Below, piece after piece: positions 59,467 to 64,000 of a stretch of 64,000 bases of DNA. The position numbers and the translations under genes are program-made. The first letter of the stretch is position 1. Each line of letters starts with the position of its first letter. The notes under the pieces are model-generated. The model was not told the origin of the DNA, searched no databases, and worked only from the letters and a program-made list of their open reading frames with translations. Origin of the DNA: Alphaproteobacteria bacterium (GTDB lineage Bacteria; Pseudomonadota; Alphaproteobacteria; UBA828); the NCBI GenBank assembly GCA_965221125.1, contig CBDCRW010000005.1:192001-256000 (forward strand), in the 5' to 3' direction.

Positions 59467-60795
59467 ATGAACAGCTCAGACGACGACCTTCGCCAACAGA
59501 TCGCGCTCTTCCGATACGACGTCATCGCCGATCTGGTGCATCTGCCCGTGGGTGCACCGGGTGCCGGCGCGATGATGCGCGCCAAAGCCGAGAAGACCTA
59601 CACGATCCCCGGAACCACCAGGACCCGGGTCGCCGCCGAGACCATGCGGCGCTGGATCAAGGACTACCGCTACGGCGGCTTCGACGCGCTCTACCCCAAG
59701 CCCCGCACCGACCGGGGGAAGCCCCGGCGGCTGCCGCCCGAGGTCGCCGAGCGCCTCATCGCGCTGAAGACCGAGAACGACGCATTGTCGGTTCGCGCCA
59801 TCATCCAGAAGGTCAAGGAGGAGGGTATCGACCACCCGCTCGCCTCGTCCACCGTGCACCGCCTCTTCAGCCGCGAGGGCCTGTTCGACAAGAAGCCGCC
59901 CGACGGGGCGGATCGCCGCCGCTTCGCCTTCCGGCATGCCGGCGAGATGTGGATGAGCGACGTCATGCACGGACCCAAGGTCCGGCACGGCCGAACCCGG
60001 CGCAAGACCTACCTGATCGCCTTCATCGACGACGCCACCCGCGTCATCCCGTTCGCCGCCTTCGCCATGGCGGAGAACACTGCGGCGTTCCTGCCGGTGT
60101 TCAAGGACGCGCTGATCCGGCGCGGCCTCCCGGCCCGCTTGTACGTCGACAACGGAAGCGCCTACCGCTCCCGTCATCTCTCCCTGGTCTGCGCCAGGCT
60201 CGGCGTTGCGTTGATTCACGCAAGGGCGTTCCAGCCAGCGGGAAAGGGTAAGATCGAGCGCTTCTTCCGCACCCTCCGGGCCGGCTGGCTCCGCCACCTC
60301 GGCGATGACGTCGACAGCCTGGAGGCGCTCAACCGCAGCCTCTGGGCCTGGATCGAGGGGGAGTATCACAACAGCCCGCATCGTGGCCTCGACGAGGGGC
60401 GCACCCCGCTTGAGCAGTGGGCGCTGGCCTCGGCCGGCGTGCGCTATCCCGACGCCACCATGGACCTCGACGATCTGTTCCTCTTCGAGGCCAGGCGCCG
60501 TGTCTACAAGGACCGCACCGTTAGTCTGAACGGCCGCGTCTACGAGGTCGACGCCCTCCTGGTGGGTCAGAACGTCATCCTGCGCTACGACCCGGCCGCG
60601 CCGCCCTCGCGCCCTCTCGACGTGGTCCATGACGGCAAGCCGGCCGGCAAGGCCAGCCCTCTCGACGCCTACGCCAATACCGCCGTCAGGCGCACCTACC
60701 CGGCCAGGGAGATCGAGGCCGAAGATCCGGCGCCCGAGCCTCCGCCCTCGCCGCTGGCCATGCGCAACCTCAAGGACAAGAAGGAGGACGAGTGA
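59467..60795 (+). CDS. DDE transposase/integrase (rve + Mu-transposase C-terminal domain)
   Basis: N-terminal HTH; WMSD, YVDNGSAY, KGKIERFF (D-D-E); RRVYKDRTVSLNG. Confidence 0.93.
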   Translation: MNSSDDDLRQQIALFRYDVIADLVHLPVGAPGAGAMMRAKAEKTYTIPGTTRTRVAAETMRRWIKDYRYGGFDALYPKPRTDRGKPRRLPPEVAERLIALKTENDALSVRAIIQKVKEEGIDHPLASSTVHRLFSREGLFDKKPPDGADRRRFAFRHAGEMWMSDVMHGPKVRHGRTRRKTYLIAFIDDATRVIPFAAFAMAENTAAFLPVFKDALIRRGLPARLYVDNGSAYRSRHLSLVCARLGVALIHARAFQPAGKGKIERFFRTLRAGWLRHLGDDVDSLEALNRSLWAWIEGEYHNSPHRGLDEGRTPLEQWALASAGVRYPDATMDLDDLFLFEARRRVYKDRTVSLNGRVYEVDALLVGQNVILRYDPAAPPSRPLDVVHDGKPAGKASPLDAYANTAVRRTYPAREIEAEDPAPEPPPSPLAMRNLKDKKEDE

Positions 60796-61595
60796 TGTAC
60801 CTGCGCCACTTCGCCTTCACCCGCCTGCCCTTCGAGACCCCGGCAGAGACCGACGAGCTGTTCGAGTCCAACGCGCGCCGCGAGGCCGAGGCCAGGCTCG
60901 GCCACCTCATCGACCTGCGCGGCATCGGCCTGCTCACCGGCGAGGTGGGCTCCGGCAAGACCACCGTGTGCCGGCATCTGACCGCGCAGCTTCATCCAGG
61001 CCTCTACCGGGTCCACTACGTCTCGCTGACCACGGGCAACGTGCTCGACATGTACAAGGCGATCGCGTGGGAGATCGGCCTGCCCATCGAGCGCTCCCGC
61101 GCCTCGGCCTATCAGGCCATCCGAAACGAGATCTCCCGCCTCGTCACCGAGGCCAAGCAGCTGCCGGTCCTCGTCATCGACGAGGCCCATCATCTGCGCA
61201 ACGACGTCCTTGAGGACCTGCGCCTGCTCACCAACTTCGCCATGGATGCAGAGCAGCGCCTGTGCCTCGTCCTCGTCGGTCTGACCGAGCTCAGGCGCCG
61301 CCTGGCCATGGCCATGCACGAATCCCTCAGCCAGCGCCTCGTCGTCCGCCACCACCTGAGCGGTCTCGACCGCGACGAGGTCGACGCTTACATCAAGCAC
61401 CGCCTCAGGCTCGCGGGATGCGAACTGCCGCTGTTCGAAGAGCCCGCCGTCGAGGCCCTGTTCCAGGGCGCGCGCGGCCTGCCGCGCCAGATCAACCGCA
61501 TCGCCCACTACGCGCTCTCCGCCGCCGCTCTCGACGAGGCGAGGACCGTCAGTGCCGACCACCTGCAGCACGCGCTCGAGGAACTGCGGCCATGA
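60795..61595 (+). CDS. ExeA-like AAA+ ATPase (transposition helper, TnsC/MuB/IstB analog)
   Basis: GEVGSGKT, IDEAH, LVG, SLSQR, G.PRQIN; TGATG coupling to the transposase. Confidence 0.9.
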   Translation: MYLRHFAFTRLPFETPAETDELFESNARREAEARLGHLIDLRGIGLLTGEVGSGKTTVCRHLTAQLHPGLYRVHYVSLTTGNVLDMYKAIAWEIGLPIERSRASAYQAIRNEISRLVTEAKQLPVLVIDEAHHLRNDVLEDLRLLTNFAMDAEQRLCLVLVGLTELRRRLAMAMHESLSQRLVVRHHLSGLDRDEVDAYIKHRLRLAGCELPLFEEPAVEALFQGARGLPRQINRIAHYALSAAALDEARTVSADHLQHALEELRP

Positions 61596-62632
61596 CCGGC
61601 TTCCCGACCCGCGCCCCGATCGAGCTGGAGGAGCGGCCGCGCGAGCAGCAATGGCTGGTGGACACGCTATGGGGCGAGCAGGCCGTCGGCATCGTCGGCG
61701 GCGAGCCGAAGTGCGGCAAGTCCATCCTGGCGCTGGACCTCGCGGTCGCAGTCGCCGCCGGCGTCCCATGCCTGCGGCACTTCGCCCCGGCCCGGCCTGG
61801 CCCGGTCCTGCTGTTCGCCGCAGAAGACGCCGGCCACCTCGTGCGCAAGCGCCTGCAGGGGATCGCCCGCGCCGCAGGCGCCCGCTTCGAGACCCTCGAC
61901 ATCGCCGTCATCGACGTGCCCACACTGCGCCTCGACCATCTCGACGACCGCCGCCGCCTGCAGCAGACCGTGGAGCGCATCGCACCGCGCCTCGTGGTCC
62001 TCGACCCCCTGGTCCGCCTGCACGGCGTGGACGAGAACACGGTTGCGGACGTCGCCCCGATCCTCGGCTTCCTGCGCGACCTGCAACGCCGCTTCGAGAC
62101 CGCCGTCCTCCTCGTCCACCACGCCCGCAAGAGCGGGGCCACGAGGCCGGGGCAGGCCCTGCGGGGCAGCAGTGAGCTGCACGCCTGGGGGGACTCGAAC
62201 CTCTACCTGCGCCGCCGGGACCGGCAGACCCTCATGACCGTCGAGCATCGCGCCGCACGCGGTCTCGACGACATCGAGATCGAGCTCAAGGAAGACGGAG
62301 AGGAGCCCTCCTTCCGGCTGCGCCAGCCGCCCACGGCCGGCGGCGGGGCGCCTCAGCCCGAAACACCCGAATGCCGCGTTCTCAAGGCGCTCGCCGACGC
62401 CGGGGCGCCGCTCTCGCAACGCCAGATCCGGGAACGCGCCGCGACCCGGCACAAGACCGTCGGCGTAATCTTGCAAAAGCTCGTCCAGGAGGGTCGCGTC
62501 GCGCGCAACGCCGAGGGCGGCTACAGCGTCGTCGCAGGCGCAGCGGACAAGCGGGCGGCGGCCGCCGCCGCCAACGGCAGCAGTCGGCCGCAGGCCCCGC
62601 GGTTCCCGGAGCCCGGTTCCGCCAACGCCTAG
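61592..62632 (+). CDS. AAA_25 / RepA-type SF4 helicase-like ATPase with C-terminal winged helix
   Basis: GEPKCGKS, AAED, VLDP, DEN, VHHARK, RGSS; ATGA coupling to the upstream ATPase. Confidence 0.85.
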   Translation: MTGFPTRAPIELEERPREQQWLVDTLWGEQAVGIVGGEPKCGKSILALDLAVAVAAGVPCLRHFAPARPGPVLLFAAEDAGHLVRKRLQGIARAAGARFETLDIAVIDVPTLRLDHLDDRRRLQQTVERIAPRLVVLDPLVRLHGVDENTVADVAPILGFLRDLQRRFETAVLLVHHARKSGATRPGQALRGSSELHAWGDSNLYLRRRDRQTLMTVEHRAARGLDDIEIELKEDGEEPSFRLRQPPTAGGGAPQPETPECRVLKALADAGAPLSQRQIRERAATRHKTVGVILQKLVQEGRVARNAEGGYSVVAGAADKRAAAAAANGSSRPQAPRFPEPGSANA

Positions 62633-63037
62633 GGGTTCGAGCCGGAACCGCCGTCGGGAACCACCCTTCCCCAACGGTCCGGAAGGCGCTGCGCCTCCAC
62701 CGGGATACTACGTCAGGTGAGCGGCCAGTCCGTGGCCGGAAGCTTGCTTCAGGCCATGGCAGCACTTCGTCGTGTGGACGGTGGCGAGTCACCCGAAGGG
62801 CCGAAGCGAAGCGCAGGAGCGGCGCAGCCGCTTGACGCGCCGACGGCCGCGCGACACCTCGTCAGCTCTCCTCAAGCACCAGTCCAAACCTCAATCAGAC
62901 AGCGACCCCGGACCGCCCGCAGAGACCATGAGCTCCTACGCTTCGATCCGGAAAAGACCGAGCAATCTGGGAAATCAGGGCAGCGATCACGTCAAATAAT
63001 CTGGGAGATTCGGCGTCAAATAACGTGCGAAACAACA

Positions 63038-63370
63038 GATGGAGACGGACTCCTTCAGGTCCGGCGGCGTCGTGAGGCCGATGGTGGCAGAAAGCTGCTC
63101 GGTGCCGAGCGGCTCGTAGCCCCGGTTGGCCTCGTCGCCCGGGTCCTGCCTGATGGCGAGCTTCTCAGCCAGCGGCAGGTCGAAGAAGGCGCGGGAGGCG
63201 TCGCGCGCCCGCGCGCACAGCGCCGGGTCGACCCCGTGGCCCGTGATCAGGAAGAAGCCGATGCGCTCGCAGGCTTCGCTGACCGCGTGCGCCACGCGCT
63301 GCCGGTCGGCGCGGCCCCCGGCGAAATAGGGGCCGAGGTCGATGAGGGGGATCTGGGGTTCGCTCGACAT
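63038..63370 (-). pseudogene. IPNS-family 2OG-Fe(II) oxygenase, N-terminal part
   Basis: IPLIDL, AC..IGFF.ITGHGV, FFDLP..EK, RGY, DLKES. Confidence 0.9.
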
Positions 63371-63389
63371 GGCGGCTCCTTGCGCGACG

Positions 63390-64000
63390 CTACTCGCCGG
63401 CGGCGGCGGTGCTATCGAAGGGGTGGCGGCGCCGAAAATCGGCGGCCATCTCGGCCTTGGTCACCATGCGCACGCCGGAGTGCGACATGATGTGATCGAT
63501 GAGCCGCTCCACCATCATGAGGATGTGCGGCTTGCCGGAGCAGTCGGGGTGGATCACGCAGTTGTAGACGGCGTAGTCGTGGTGGCGGTAGATCCAGTCG
63601 AACTGGTCGCGCCACATCTCCTCGATGTCGCGCGGGTTCACCCAGCCGTGGCTGTTGGGGAAGGTTTTCACGAACATCATGGGTGGCGCGTCGTCGAGGT
63701 ACCAGCTCGCCGGCAGCTCGACGAGATCGACCGGCTCGCCCGCCACCCAGGGCTTCATCCACGTGGCCGCGTCCTGGCTGTAGTCGATCTTGGTCCAGCT
63801 GTCGCCCTTGCGCAGGTAGTAGGGGGAGAAGTCGTCCTCCATGAGGCTGCTCTCGTAGACGAAGCCGCGCTCGGTCAGCAGGTCGATGGTGTTGGGGCTG
63901 AGCTCCCACCAGGGGGCGACGTAGCCGGTGGGCCGCTCGCCGCTGAGCTCGGTCACCAGCTCGACGCACTTGTCGAGGACGTCGGCCTCCTGCTGGCGGG
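63390..64000 (-). CDS. Polysaccharide deacetylase family protein, 5'-truncated by window edge
   Basis: GYVAPWWE, YESSLM, ELPASWYLDD, QFDW.YR, IHPD.SG.P. Confidence 0.88.
   Translation of the reverse strand, partial: RQQEADVLDKCVELVTELSGERPTGYVAPWWELSPNTIDLLTERGFVYESSLMEDDFSPYYLRKGDSWTKIDYSQDAATWMKPWVAGEPVDLVELPASWYLDDAPPMMFVKTFPNSHGWVNPRDIEEMWRDQFDWIYRHHDYAVYNCVIHPDCSGKPHILMMVERLIDHIMSHSGVRMVTKAEMAADFRRRHPFDSTAAAGE

Larger units (their letters stand above)
58417..63037 (+). mobile_element. 4,621-bp Mu/TnsB-type transposon with four genes
   Basis: Ends TGTTGTTT and AAACAACA; 5-bp direct repeat GATGG at 58412-58416 and 63038-63042; removal restores the oxygenase frame. Confidence 0.95.

Noticed and set aside
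60795-61595. Type II secretion ExeA
   Set aside because: No secretion genes or peptidoglycan-binding domain; coupled to a transposase within TSD-bounded ends
58417-63037. CRISPR-associated or canonical Tn7 transposon
   Set aside because: No recognisable TnsA, TniQ/TnsD, Cas protein or repeat-spacer array between the ends
62717-63490. 257-aa ORF across the transposon right end
   Set aside because: Crosses the element boundary and runs antisense to the oxygenase fragment; no recognisable motifs

Overview
High-GC, probably alphaproteobacterial chromosome segment (TrcR/DUF1013, DUF1192 and tRNA-Val(GAC) neighbourhood), rich in catabolic genes. It holds a sugar ABC + GMC/SDR/DUF993 operon, an Lrp-Rieske-glutamine synthetase-like-hydrolase operon, a CoxMSL-like molybdoenzyme + AtuA pair, ureide/beta-alanine catabolism, a heterotetrameric sarcosine oxidase / N-methylglutamate dehydrogenase and a Urt-like amide ABC transporter. 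Two accessory regions stand out. (1) A ~12 kb zinc-starvation island (~43.5-55.4 kb) with Zur, two Zur boxes, three COG0523 GTPases, paralogous cysS/hisI/gamma-CA, a collapsed znuB remnant and an integrase fragment, flanked by a 10-bp repeat. (2) A precisely bounded 4,621-bp transposon (58417-63037; TGTTGTTT/AAACAACA ends, 5-bp GATGG target duplication) that splits a 2OG-Fe(II) oxygenase gene. It encodes a Zn-finger-like protein, a Mu/TnsB-type DDE transposase, an ExeA/TnsC-like AAA+ ATPase and an SF4/RepA-like helicase, plus structured non-coding ends. This element is the best candidate for a poorly described system. All calls come from reading motifs by eye; no database searches were run.
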